Source of the DNA: a virus
Strand: one strand, 5' to 3'
Length of the DNA stretch: 64,000 nt
Virus record (IMG/VR): IMGVR_UViG_3300045988_050969
Within the stretch, counting starts at the first letter, position 1. Every line of letters begins with the position of its first letter. The notes beneath the pieces are model-generated. The model was not told the origin of the DNA, ran no database searches, and saw only the letters and a program-made list of their open reading frames with translations. A program made the translations under genes and the position numbers. Below are positions 11,971 through 24,400 of this stretch, piece after piece.

Positions 11971-12993
11971 TTAAGGTTTCCGTTTTGAAAATCTTCTTGC
12001 ATAAACTAATAGCTCTTTATAGCGTAATATTTTCTTTAGTAAGTTGATGCCATTACAATGTTTAAGCCAACCTATATGACTACACATTTCTTGTTTGTAA
12101 TCTTCTACTGTAATGTTTTTCTTTCTGCCTAATCTAGCAGCTTTCCTACACATGCTACGCTTAATATTTTTTCTTACTAAAGTATAGTCATGCCTTATTA
12201 CATAACCTACAAAAGATATACCTCTGTCTTCTACTTTAAATATCTAATAGTTATCTTTGAAAGTTAATTTTAAAGTATCTAAATACTATTTCATTTCTTC
12301 AAACAGTTCTCGTAAATACTCTTTATCCTTATGTAGTATTACTATATCATCTGCATATCTGAAGTAATATTTAACCTATTTATCTTCTTTAAGCCAGTGG
12401 TCAAAGTAAGTAAGATACAGATTAGCAAAGAACTAAGATAAGTAATTACCAATAGGTACACCTTCTGCTGAATCTATTATCTCATCTAATAGCTATAATA
12501 ACTTCTAATCCTTTATCTTCTTTCTTATTATGCTCTTTAATACTTCATGGTCTATACTAGGATAGAACTTTCTGATATCTAACTTAAGACAATAAGTAGT
12601 ATTATCTACATCTTTTAAAGCTTCTTTAACATTATGTAATGCTTCGTGAATACCTCTGTGTTTAATGCAACTATAAGTATCTTTAATAAAGATAGATACC
12701 CATATAGGTTCCATTATATTCATTACAGCATGATGTACTATTCTATCTGGATAATAAGGTAATCTAAATATTAATCTTTCTTTAGGTTCTCTAATTATAA
12801 ATGTATTATATTCAGAAGTTTTATACGTACCGTTAATTAAATTCTGCTATAGTTTTTTAAGTAATTCTTCTTTATTCTAGTCAAACTCTTTGATATCTTT
12901 TCTACTAGATTTATTTCTTCTAGCTTTCTTATCTGCTAAATATAAATTGTCTAAGCTAACAATCTTATCGAATAAATTATTATATCTCTTCAT
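11971..12993 (-). CDS. DGR reverse transcriptase (340 aa) with 8 in-frame TAG codons
   Basis: ATG 12993, TAA 11971..11973, 1023 nt = 341 codons. Fragments 12505..12723 and 11971..12153 are in phase. Motifs: KLDIRKFYPSIDH, IGNYLS[TAG] (the I/LGxxxSQ DGR hallmark, TAG at 12433..12435) and YADD at 12346..12357. Confidence 0.9.
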
Positions 12994-13132
12994 AAATAAT
13001 ATTTTCTGAAATACCTTCACGCATCTTCACTTTCGTTACCAATGCGTTCAAGAAGCATGTCATATTTTACCAAGAGGTAAGGTTCAGCCCTTGATTTTTT
13101 GTCAGTTTATAATTTTTTTTACGTATTTCAGT

Positions 13133-13226
13133 GTCCTGACATTAGCATTGGAATTGTCTAACTCATTGTTAGAATTCAAATTGAACAAACCTGCATTAGA
13201 CTCATTGTCTGAGTTACTGCTGATTT
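13133..13226 (-). repeat. DGR template repeat (TR)
   Basis: 94 nt, 70/94 identical to 13371..13464. All 24 mismatches are plus-strand T, which is A on the coding strand, in this copy. Read in the VR frame it is rich in AAT/AAC codons. It lies 30 nt after the target stop and 139 nt before the RT start. Confidence 0.88.
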
Positions 13227-13255
13227 ACTCACGACTGCAACCTTTTATTGGTTAA

Positions 13256-15817
13256 TTAAAACCAGTTTTCTTCAGATTCTATAGAATCCAATTGTTCATA
13301 ATCCTCATCATTTAACTCTAATGTAGCTGGAGCAGCTGGCAATGCCGGTTCACCATAGAAGGTAATTCGAGTCCCGACACCAGCATCGGAATGGCCCAAC
13401 CCAGAGTTAGAATCCAAAGAGAACAAACCCGCAGTAGACCCATTGCCCGAGCAACCGCCGATCAGAAGCGTCCTAGGTGTAGCTGTAGCACTAGTCCAGT
13501 GATAATCACAATAATAAGTTGTAGCACTAGCTCCATTTCCTACTACAGTTGGGAATAGATCTGCCTAATTATTATTAACGAGTTTTTTTACATATTGACC
13601 AGTAATTGTACTTTCTTTAAAGTCTTGTAATTCATAACCTGCTGCAATTAATTGCTCTGCAGTAGGATTAGTTCCTCCTTCAAATGTACCAAACTTAGTA
13701 TAATCTTTGCAGATGTATACACTATTATCAGTACCAGCAACTACTACATCAATTACATTCTTCCACACATGACCAAATGGATTCTCAATACCACGGTATC
13801 TAGGAACATTAACTACCTTAGTACCAGTAGACGTACCCTCTGCATTAGTATTAGTATGTGTATATTCGATTATACCAGTACCATTACCTAATGAATTAGT
13901 AGTACCGCAAGGTACAAATGAATAAGTAGTAGCTCCATTTACAGTTACAGTTCCTGAAGTTACTCCATCACCCAAACCACCTTGATGATAACCTTCTGCA
14001 GTTAAATTAGCATTAAATGCTTTCTGACTATTCAATGTAGCATATTCTACTACGAATAACCAAGTAAGGTCTCTGTGAGCATCATAAGTATAAATATTCC
14101 AGTTGTTAGTTCTATTGTTATTTCTAGCCATAGTCTGGAATTCTGTTCTAGTTTTGCTTATTATAGGAGCAGTATTACGAACTTGAGTTCTTAATGAATT
14201 ATTATGACTTGAACTATCTAGATTTACACTTCCCTCGTATGCACCGATATATTTCTTCTCTACTTTAGTGTAACCAGGAAGATTGTATTCACTCATACGG
14301 ATTTCAACTGTATTATCTGGAGTAGCTATAAGTAATCTATAATGTTCTGGAATTTCTACAAAAGCTTCTACACCAACCCCACTACTATCTTGAGATGAGG
14401 TAGTACCGTCTTCCCACTTAGTCCAGTCGTTTGCTTTTAAGTATTTCTTAGTATTATCCGTATTGCTGATAGTACACCCTCTCATCTTACTCTGGATAGG
14501 AAGTGTTTTATGCATTTCCATATTACCAGTACGTACACCATCAGGACTAGAGCTATTAGCTAAGTCAAACTTAACTCCATACCACAGTTCATTTTCATTT
14601 CTACTAAGCTTACCAATCTCTTCATCAAGAGTAACAGCTGCACTTATAGCACTAGGACTATCAGCTAAGTAATTAGTACTTGATAAGTCAGGCATTTCAT
14701 TAGCTTCAGTTAAACCTACCTTATCATTTACTTTAAGTATAGTACTTCTAAGCTCTGTAATATCTTGATTTAAAGCTGTCTCTAAACTGTCAATATTGCC
14801 TTGAAGTTCTGTATCCTTAGCTTTGAGTTCTTTCACTGCATTCTCTCTTGCAACCTTTTCATCATTAATTGCATCAGGAAGAGTTTCATTAATGGCTAAC
14901 TTTTCAGCACCAGTCATTAAACCAGCAACAGTATTAGTAGCAGGAGTAATAGTAATATTAGATAAAGTAGACTGTACATATTTACCGCCGCTCTTTTCTA
15001 CTCCAGTAAGACTGATAGTAATGTTATTAACATCTGTCTGATCTAACTGGAATGTACTTAATAAATTATCTGGCATAGAGTTAACTACATTCTCCATAGC
15101 TTTACCCTTACCGCCATCATAAGCAGTACCAGTAATATCGCCAATGATAATGGCATTAGAATCAATGTGTACCCATTGTGAACCAGACCATCTAAATTGA
15201 TAGCTTACTTCACCAGGAGTTACATTAACATATATTTTATCTCTTTCACCTACTATAGGAGTTTCGTGTTCAGCATCTGCATATAACTGTATATTCTAAA
15301 GTACTCCAGTAGGAGATACAGTATAAGTAGCATATGCATCCATCACATCATCAACATATGAAGGCAATTGACTAGCAGGTACTTTACCATTACCATCAAG
15401 TTCAGCAAGACCATTAGGTTGACCTTTTAATGCTTTGAAGTCCTGTAAGTCTTCATTCACATCATCAATCTTAGTATCCAGTCTATCTACTTGAGCTTTT
15501 ACAGCAGCATCACCTTTATTAATAGCATCTACTATACTAGTACCTTTAAAGTAGTTATTACTACTATTATCAGGTAAAGATATAATATCACTATTCTTAT
15601 CATAGTTTAAACCAACAGATTGTACAATCTCTTTAATATGAGTCCATTGGTCTACATTAGCATCTCTGTTTAACGGTATCCACTTCTTAAGATCAGGACT
15701 ATATGACTTAATAACATTACCAGTACTATCTGTTGCTAAGTCAATCCAGTAAGAAACCTCTTTAGGATTTGGAGCATACTTAGATGCTATGAAATTAGGA
15801 TTTTCTTGTTTAACCAT
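13256..15817 (-). CDS. DGR target: tail-fibre protein (853 aa) with a C-type-lectin-like variable tip, TAG-recoded
   Basis: ATG 15817, TAA 13256..13258, 2562 nt = 854 codons. Joins fragments 15296..15817 and 13565..15097 with the VR-containing tail across TAGs at 15296 and 13565. C-terminal sequence: YYCDYHW...LLIGGCSGNGSTAGLFSLDSNSGLGHSDAGVGTRITF. Confidence 0.85.
13371..13464 (-). repeat. DGR variable repeat (VR) inside the target gene
   Basis: Partner of the TR. Differs only where the TR has A on the coding strand (24 of the 34 TR adenines are substituted). Confidence 0.88.
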
Positions 15818-15915
15818 ATTTGCAAATATTTAATAATTAAATAATCTCCTGTTCTGGAGTATCGTATTCTTTCTATCTCGTATATTCATCATTGAAATAT
15901 ACAATATTGTTTTCA

Positions 15916-17010
15916 TTATGTTATTGGATTTAATGCTACAACTTGACCAGCTTCAGTCTTATCAAAGTAATTAACTACAGCAAATTCCTCATCTGCTGCC
16001 TAACCGTCTCTACTGCTTACATAACTCCTAATAAACTGCTGACCTCTCTTTTCACTATTACCTGCTACGTATCCGTATCGAAATGCAGTATCTATAGTAG
16101 GATGATATATGGTTCCGTCTTCATTCATAGCGATTACTTTAATCTATCCTTCTTCAGCCATAGTATTAGTATTAAGACACCTAACAGAACCTGTTATTAT
16201 ATTCCCATCTATGTTTGTCTAATTATTCCATGTCTTATACTACTTACCGTTGAATGTAACATAACCATTAACCGAAGTACTTAAAGTGCCTTTAAACGTA
16301 AAATCTCTTTGTATAGTTAGATTGGGCATACCTTCCACACTATCGTCTACAGGATTAATTTTATAATATCTATTAGTATTTGTTCCATCCACGTGTATGA
16401 CCGTTTCTCCAACCCATATTTTATTAGGCATACCTTCTTCATACACCCAACCATCTTTATCAGCGAATACAAATGATTGACCTGTTACTCCCATATCACT
16501 ACCCTTCATTTGATACGCTTTTACTATAACTCCTCCTTTATAAGCAGTACATTCAACAGTCACAATACCGTCATTTTTATTTCCAAACCAGTTTCCTCTA
16601 AGCTATACAATTAACTATTCCGGCATAGTTAAACTAGGATCATTAGTATATACATCTTGTATGGATTTAATGTCTACCATTACACACTCTGCTCCAGATT
16701 GAGTGTTATCGCCTCCCCAGTATAAAAACGGTTGAGTTCTATTTTCAGACGAACCCCAATTCCATCCTACTATTTCACTAGGGATACTAGGAGCGTTAGT
16801 GATGTTAGTACCGGTATCAAAATCTCTACCGTTAGAATCAGTCCATATGAATCTCAACTATATACTATTGAAATCATAGAAGTAAGCTACATCATCCCTA
16901 GTAGGCCATATGTGACTCTAACCATCAAATACATCAGATATATTAGTATTGCCTACGGTTCTCTTTTGTAGGGGAACTGCTCGTCCCCCTGCTATACCTA
17001 ACTCTAACAT
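15916..17010 (-). CDS. hypothetical tail-associated protein (364 aa), TAG-recoded
   Basis: ATG 17010 (TAATG overlap), TAA 15916..15918, 1095 nt. Fragments 16615.. and 16240.. are in phase. Confidence 0.6.
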
Positions 17011-17630
17011 TATTCACTCTCCTCATCAATAATATTATAAGTCATACCTGCTACTTTAGTAAGCTGATTATATTCAGCTTCAGTACCAGTCCATATAGGT
17101 AATGATATCTTACCATTATTAGCACTAGGTAACGCTAAAACAACGCCAGTACCTTTGTTCATTGCCTGTTGTACTGGATCTAATACAGATATCTTATTCT
17201 CACGAATCAGTTTATTTATTAACTGAGTAATGTACTCTTCATCAAGCAGCTCACCAACATTACCAAGATTATTTTCAATACTAGTAATCTTATTGTTAAT
17301 GCTAGTTATGTTCTGCTCAATATCATTTATACTAGATTCAAGATTAGTAATTCTATTATTAACAGTAGTTATCTTACTATCTAAGTTATTTATCTTATTA
17401 GTAAGTTCTGATATACTTTGGTTAACTTCATTCTTGAAATCCCCTACTGAAGATTCTATAGTAGCATCTATATAGTCTTTAATTCTATCATCATTAATTA
17501 CTAAATCAACAATCTAGTTTATAGGAGCTTTATAGTTATGTTCCTTTTCAGCTACAACCATGTATTCACTACCTTCAAGATTGCGCTTAGGATCTAGCTC
17601 CAATATCTTTATGCCATCACATTTATTCAT
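17010..17630 (-). CDS. fibre-associated coiled-coil protein (206 aa), TAG-recoded
   Basis: ATG 17630, TAA 17010..17012, 621 nt. N-terminus MNKCDGIKILELD...GSEYMVVAEKEHNYKAP is paralogous to the N-terminus of 25385..28669. Confidence 0.6.
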
Positions 17631-17635
17631 AACTA

Positions 17636-18541
17636 TTACTCTTTAAAGAATCCACTAGGAGCACTTACTTTATTAAATACTACACTATCAGTAGTAGCTA
17701 ATGATAATTGAGCTCTAGTAACTACATGAGGATTATCTCTTCTAGCTGCATGGGTATCAATAGCATTTTGTGCATTAGTAATCAATTGTTTAAGCTCATT
17801 AATTTGGGATTGCAGATTATTATCTGCATTAGTTCTATTTTCAATCTCTTGATTAATTAACTCAGTAAGATCGGTAACTTTACTATCTACGTAAGTCTTA
17901 AGTTCATTCTTAGCCTTAGTAATCTCACTATTTATATAGCTTCTTAAATCACCAATCTATTGGTCTATTTTACTATCTAACTCTTGTATATTCTGAGTTA
18001 ATTCAGTAATCTTTTGTTGAATAGAACTTAAATCCCCACCTATTACTTCAGTTATATCTTGACGTATCTCTTCAATATTAGAATTGATATTAGTAATATC
18101 TTGATTTATATCATCAATGTTATTATTGATATCTGTAATATCCTACTTGATATTATTAACATCACCTTTGATGTCATTAATCTCATTTCTAATATTACTA
18201 ATCTAAGTAGTTAACTCTTCTACTTTCTGATTAATATACTACCACAGTTTATTAACTTCCTCTTTCAGTTCATCTTTAAATTCAGCTAATTCATTTCTGA
18301 TTTCAGTTATAGCTTCATTAATAAACTGTTCTATCTAATCAAGAGCTCTATTAATATAATCAATGATAGCATCTACTTGCTTATCATTCAGATCTAGCAT
18401 CTCCCATGTATTAGTATCATTACGATAATACCTAATACAACCACCATAGTAATTAGATGTAACGTCAATCCAATAATCTACTTCTAGAGGATTAGGCTAC
18501 GTATCTGATGCTCTAAATCTAACTATCTCTCTCTGTAACAT
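17636..18541 (-). CDS. coiled-coil tail-fibre protein (301 aa), TAG-recoded
   Basis: ATG 18541, TAA 17636..17638, 906 nt. N-terminus ...PNPLEVDYWIDV... is paralogous to the N-terminus of the DGR target. Long N/I/D/E heptad region. Confidence 0.6.
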
Positions 18542-18544
18542 ATA

Positions 18545-18988
18545 TTATGCTTTAAATGTTGTTATTTTGTCTTCTGTACCATCATCATATACATCGATAT
18601 GAACCCAGTTACACTATTCCTCTAAACGTACTTTACATGGCAACAATAAAGGTTTAGCCTTTATTATCTCTCTTATTTCTTCTGCAGTCTTATCGTCACA
18701 AGTAAAATCAATGGCGTTACCTGTAATGTGAGCACTAACATATACTCCTTTCTTACTCTTTACTAAAGGGCACAGGTTACAACGCATACCTCTTTGATGC
18801 ATATTACCAATATTAATATGCATTGGCATTCGTAAAATATCAGTACGTAGACATAGTAATACATGTAGTAACTAAGTACTTAAGAACATCCACGACTATT
18901 CTCCAAATCTACTATATATGTGATTACATACTAATTCCTTTACGTTAAAGTAAGGCTTAAGCTGTTTAATTATTTCTTCTCTCGGCAT
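18545..18988 (-). CDS. endolysin, peptidase M15 (VanY / D-Ala-D-Ala carboxypeptidase-like) family (147 aa), TAG-recoded
   Basis: ATG 18988, TAA 18545..18547, 444 nt. Zn-ligand-type motifs SAHITGNAIDF and WVHIDV. Fragment 18614..18829 is in phase. Confidence 0.7.
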
Positions 18989-19157
18989 CATTGTTATTTG
19001 CAATTAGAGCCTCACCAACTAGATTGGCTGCTACGTTCATACCAAATTGTTTAGTATCGTTATCTATCTCACTTACCTTCACGTTGATTTGAAGGAGCAG
19101 AAGATATATCTGCTCCAACAATTCTCTATCTGTCATATGTGCTAAGTATGGATTCAT
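18966..19157 (-). CDS. small hypothetical protein (63 aa)
   Basis: Intact ORF. TAATG overlap with the upstream gene's stop. Ends TAA. Confidence 0.4.
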   Translation of the reverse strand: MNPYLAHMTDRELLEQIYLLLLQINVKVSEIDNDTKQFGMNVAANLVGEALIANNNDAERRNN

Positions 19158-21427
19158 TATCTTACAAATATTACTGTAGCTGTTATTTCTTTGTATGAAG
19201 GGAATGTTCTAGTTATAGTAGCCTATACTTCCTGATACGAAGAGGTAGTGTCACTTATTGTTATAGTAGTCTGACCTGCACTTCCGCTAGTTGGAGATAC
19301 AGTACTATAGTTAGTACCTTGTCCAATACGTGCTGTCCACGGTGAGGAACTATTTACTACTGCAGTAGCACTATTGCCACTGACCGTCTAACTAGAAGGT
19401 GTTACTGTAAATGTATCAGTTACCCCCCCCTAGCCCGCCGCTTGAGTTACTGTAACAATACCTTTACTTTTTCCTCCTACTTGTGTAAGAGTAAATGTAG
19501 CACTTCTCTATGAAGTTGTTATATTAGAAGTTATAACTATGCCAGTAGTATTAGTAGTATTACCATAACAAGTAAACCATTTAGAGTCGGTAGAGAATGT
19601 ATAATCTACAGATTCTTCAGTTTCACTACCATCGGAGTGTAGTACTGTTTTGTAAGAATCAACGCTAAAATTAACATTCTATGCTGAACTAGATACATGT
19701 ATAGAAGAAGGAGAAATTCTCATTCCATGTGTAGGAATATATTCCTGTTGATATATATTAATATAACATTTTAAACCAGATTCGCCCTAGGTCAATGTAA
19801 TAGTACCCTGTCTAGGTAAACCACTTGTATTATGCGCTACAGTGTAACCACCATTACTATCAACTGTTATCCAGCTTACGTTAGCCGAGAAGCTCACATT
19901 ATCAAAAAATACTCCATTCTTCCTACTTACATAAGTATAATCTCCTGACCAGTTAGTAGTCTTTGCTGGTACGTTATTAAACGTAATGCTCTCATATGAG
20001 GATGTTTCACCAGATTTTCTGACTCCTAAATAGTATTCATCTGTAGCTTTAGCATCCTGACTAACATTAACAGTAAGCGTTTTACCAGAACCGCTCTGAG
20101 TTAATACTACTTCTCCACTTCTTGCAGATCCGCTATTATCAGATGCACTGATAGTCACTTTACTACTAGTAGTAGAAGTAGTTATCCAGCTAGGTTTACT
20201 AGACACACTCCAAGATTGACTACTACCATTCTTAGTAGATATTACAGGTATATTAGCAGCAGTTCCATTAGCAGAAAAATCCCACGGGAAGCTTGCGCTA
20301 ACATCTGAGGTACTACCATCTTCCCAAGTAAATACATAATTATCTGCAGGTGGTACGTAACCACTTTGTGATATTGTAGCATAATCTCTCTTACCAGATT
20401 CTTCCTATGTAAAGTATACATTTGCAGATCTAGAAGATGTAGATGAGTTAGAACTTATAGTAAATCTACCATTACTATATGTTGCCCACGAAGGTAATGT
20501 ACTACTATCTATACTATATCCTAAACTGATCTGATTACCATTTACCAACTTATATGAAGTAAAGCCTATATCTCCTGTACCACCACTAGCTCCAACATTA
20601 ACTTGCCATGGACTAATTGTAAATACATACTCAATAGTAGGTTCAGCACCAGCTTGAGTAACTGTACAAGTAGCTGACTTACCACTATAAGATGCAGTAA
20701 TAGTTGCAGTTCTACTAGATGTAGATGTATTCTCTCCCAATGTTAAAGTACTAGGTGAAGAAGTACTGCTAAGACTACCTAAGTTAGTAGACAGTGTAGG
20801 ATTGCCTGTTTCTTCAGTAACATCTCCACTAACCCAATATACAGTTCTCTTAGCACTAGCTGTAATACGTGAAGTACCACCATCACTAGATACACTGGTA
20901 GGATTAGCTGATACAGATATAGTCCATTCTCCATATGAGCTAATAGTATCTCCACTCTGTGATAGACTAATAGTAGCTGTCTTATTAGACTCATTCTGAG
21001 TTATAGTAACTGTACCTGTTCTATTTGAAGTGATTTCATTAGCAGAAGCACTTACTGTAGTTCCACTTAAAGAGAACCCACTACCAGATATAGTAGTAGA
21101 CTTTAGAGATACATTAGTATTACCGCTCTATTCTACTCCATCTAATACCTTTCTCTTATAAGAACTAACAGTGAAAGATTTACTACCACCACCAGCTCCA
21201 AATGACATGCTAGTAGGAGATACTGTCAAATAGTAATTCCAAGTCTCTACCTTCTTACGTATATCATCTATCTTTACACATTCGTTAGCTCCATAAGTAG
21301 AAGCATTATCAATAACGATTAATGAATTAATAGCTAAAATCTAGGTCTTAGTAGGACATTCTGTCCCACTCTTACCTAGACTAAGCTTACTTAATATCAT
21401 AGAATATGTTGCTATTTCATTACTCAT
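19157..21427 (-). CDS. BACON/Ig-like repeat protein (756 aa), TAG-recoded
   Basis: ATG 21427, TAA 19157..19159, 2271 nt. About 6 repeats of roughly 90 aa, each ending in the pattern ...R[ST]A.[IV]T.....G.....V.[VI].Q.G (for example SRTATITASYSGKSATCTVTQAG and ARSGEVVLTQSGSGKTLTVNVSQ). Confidence 0.7.
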
Positions 21428-24400
21428 GTTGCTTATTCTTTAAAGTTTCTATTTCAGCTTTAAGCTTTTCAATCTCATCTTTAAGCATCTTAACTCCTTC
21501 AATAGCTAATACACCTAACATCTCATACTCTACCTTCTTGACCTTAACATACTCTTCACCATCTTTAGTGAATGATTCAAACTGTTCAGGATTCTTTACT
21601 TCAGATTTAAGAGTATCACCTTCAGTTACTATATCTTCAAAACCTAATTCCTCTAAGTTCTATGCTATAGTACCTATTTGCTTCTAATCATTCATTATAA
21701 ATGATACAGTAGGTATAGAGCATATCTAGTCTAAAGTATAATCTAATGGTTTAATATCTGATTTTAAACGAGCATCAGATTCTTTGAAGAAACCACCGGC
21801 TGCGTATATTTTTTCAGTAGATGAAATACCACCTAACACATGTAGTTTTTGAGGTGGTGTAGTAGTACCACCTATTACAACTCCTCCGCCATTACCACAC
21901 ATTATAATATTTTTGGTTCCATCCATATTTCTATGGTTTAAATATAGATGACCAGAGTATGAATTTATTTCATTTGTATGTTCTATATTTATACTACCTG
22001 CAGCCTTAATAATATCATCTCCAGCATATATAGCCTATTTAGGAGTTATAGTTACTTCTCTAGTTACTCCAGAAGTAGGCATAGCAGCATTGGTTATACT
22101 TTGAACTAGATTATCTTTTGAAGCACTGGTATACGCATGAACATGGAATGTCTAACATGTTCTTGTCTATTTAAACCACAAATGAACATACCCTTGATGT
22201 ATAAATGCTTTTATATCACCGAAGCTAGTTCCGTTGTTGACTCCAGTAGGTTGTAAAATCTCATTATTGTCGTCATAGTTATAAAACTATATTACTGTAT
22301 CAAATGGAGGTTTACTATCATAAGAATTACCAAAAATTCTTACTGTTACCATTGTGTTACCATTAGATGATATTCTTAGTTTTACTAAACAACCCTTATC
22401 GTAATTATATGCAGTATATGGGGAGTATCTTTTATCTAACTCATTAGCATAATTACCTTTATGGAGTAATTTATAATGAGTACCTCCATAATAGAAAGTT
22501 GCTCCTTCATCTAAACTATCTACTCTACCTAATGATATACATGGATGAGTTGTCAGTTTATCATTGTATAAATATGCTCCTAATGAATTTGTATACCCTA
22601 CTTCTGCAGTTTCTACTTCGTTATTAACAAACTAGATAAGACCCGTAGTATTAGTACCGCGCAAAGTTAAAGGCTAGCCAGATGAAGTTTGATTTATTGA
22701 TAATACTCCCGTCATAGTATCCCCAGCTTTTTTTACAAAAGCAGATGGACTAATACCACCAACTGTGTCAGCATTGCCAGCATTAGCTGGCTTACCAACG
22801 CTTACAGTCTATGCACTACCTCCAGATGGAGTTACTGTGAAATTACCAGCAGAACCATTAGCAAATGTATAAGTAGTATTAGTATTCTATGCAGGTATAC
22901 CTAAAGCAGTTATATCAGCTTTAGTTACAGCAGTAACACTAGCTACATGACTAGTAGAGTCAGTAGAGAACTTATAGAATCCAGATGATTTACTAGGTGC
23001 AGAACCAGCAGGATGTACATAGTTATTATATGTAGCTCCTTTAGTTAGAGTAAGAGTATCGCCACTAATAGATGCAGTAGTAACAGCATTACCAGAACCA
23101 GCTACAGTTACTTTACCAACCTTCTTAGCTAATTCTGTATTCATAGTAGACTACAGATTGTTGATGTTAGTCTGTAACTGATTATCACCATCTTTTCTAG
23201 CTTGAATCTCTACATTCAAATCATTGATAATATCGTTTGAACTATTCTCAATAAGCTCTTCTATCCTATTTACCTCAGTAGTTACTCTATTATCTAGATT
23301 AGTAATTCTATTAGGTATATTAACGTCTAAGTTCTATTTATCAGTAGCAGTCATTACACCGGCTGCAGATTGTGTAGCAGCAGGTATAGTCTATGACTTA
23401 GTAATAGGATTCGCATATGAATTACTAGCTGCAGATAAATCAGATTGCTTATAGTTAATAGTTACACTAGTTGCATTTCTAGACGTTGCATCTACACCAG
23501 TAACTAGGTTATTAGGTAGTGAATCAAGCTTATCACCAGGATTCTGTATACTACCAAATTCATTATATAAGTCATCTAATCTGCCTTTATCTATTGCAGA
23601 CATAGCACCTGCATTAGTAGTTGTAGCTGATGGTATATCTATATTATCATCCTGTAATGGACCATAATTTAAACCATCTTTAGCTGCATACTTATAGTTA
23701 ATCTTAACTAATTCACCAGTACTAGTAGTAGGAGTAAGGTATGAAGTAATCTTAGTAGGCATACTATTTAAAGCATCTCTATTGGCTTTACCTTTATCTC
23801 CAGGATATGCAGTACTAGGAGTTTCACCTAATGCCAAACTCTAACTAATCTCTAAGTATTGAGTACCAGTCCATCTATATGTTAAGTTAGTATCCTTAGA
23901 TACATATATCTTACCAGTTTCACCAATCTGAGGGAATTGAGCTTTAGTAGAGAACTCTAATACATCATCTACATAAGATGGTAATTGAGCTGCAGGAACC
24001 TTACCAGTTGAGTCTAACTCAGCTAATCCACCAGGCTGACCTTTAGTACTAATAAAAGCATTTAAACTATTAGTAATAGTAGTATCGCCTGCTTTCCTAT
24101 CTTCAATTTCTTTCTGTAAAGCATCTTCTAGTTTATCAGTAACTCCATCAAACTTATTCTCTATACGGTCTATCTCTGCTTCTCTATCTGCAATCTCCTT
24201 ATCAATCTTATCATCAAGATTATCTATTCTATCACTTAGATTAGAGTCAGCTTCCTTTAGGTCTTCAATCTACCCAGGAATAGTAGTATTAAGTTCTACA
24301 TAATCTTCCTTACTCATAAGACCGTCCATAGAAGCAGTAGCATTAGCTATACGTATATCCATATAGATATTGTTACCACTCTTAATAGTATTCCAAGATA

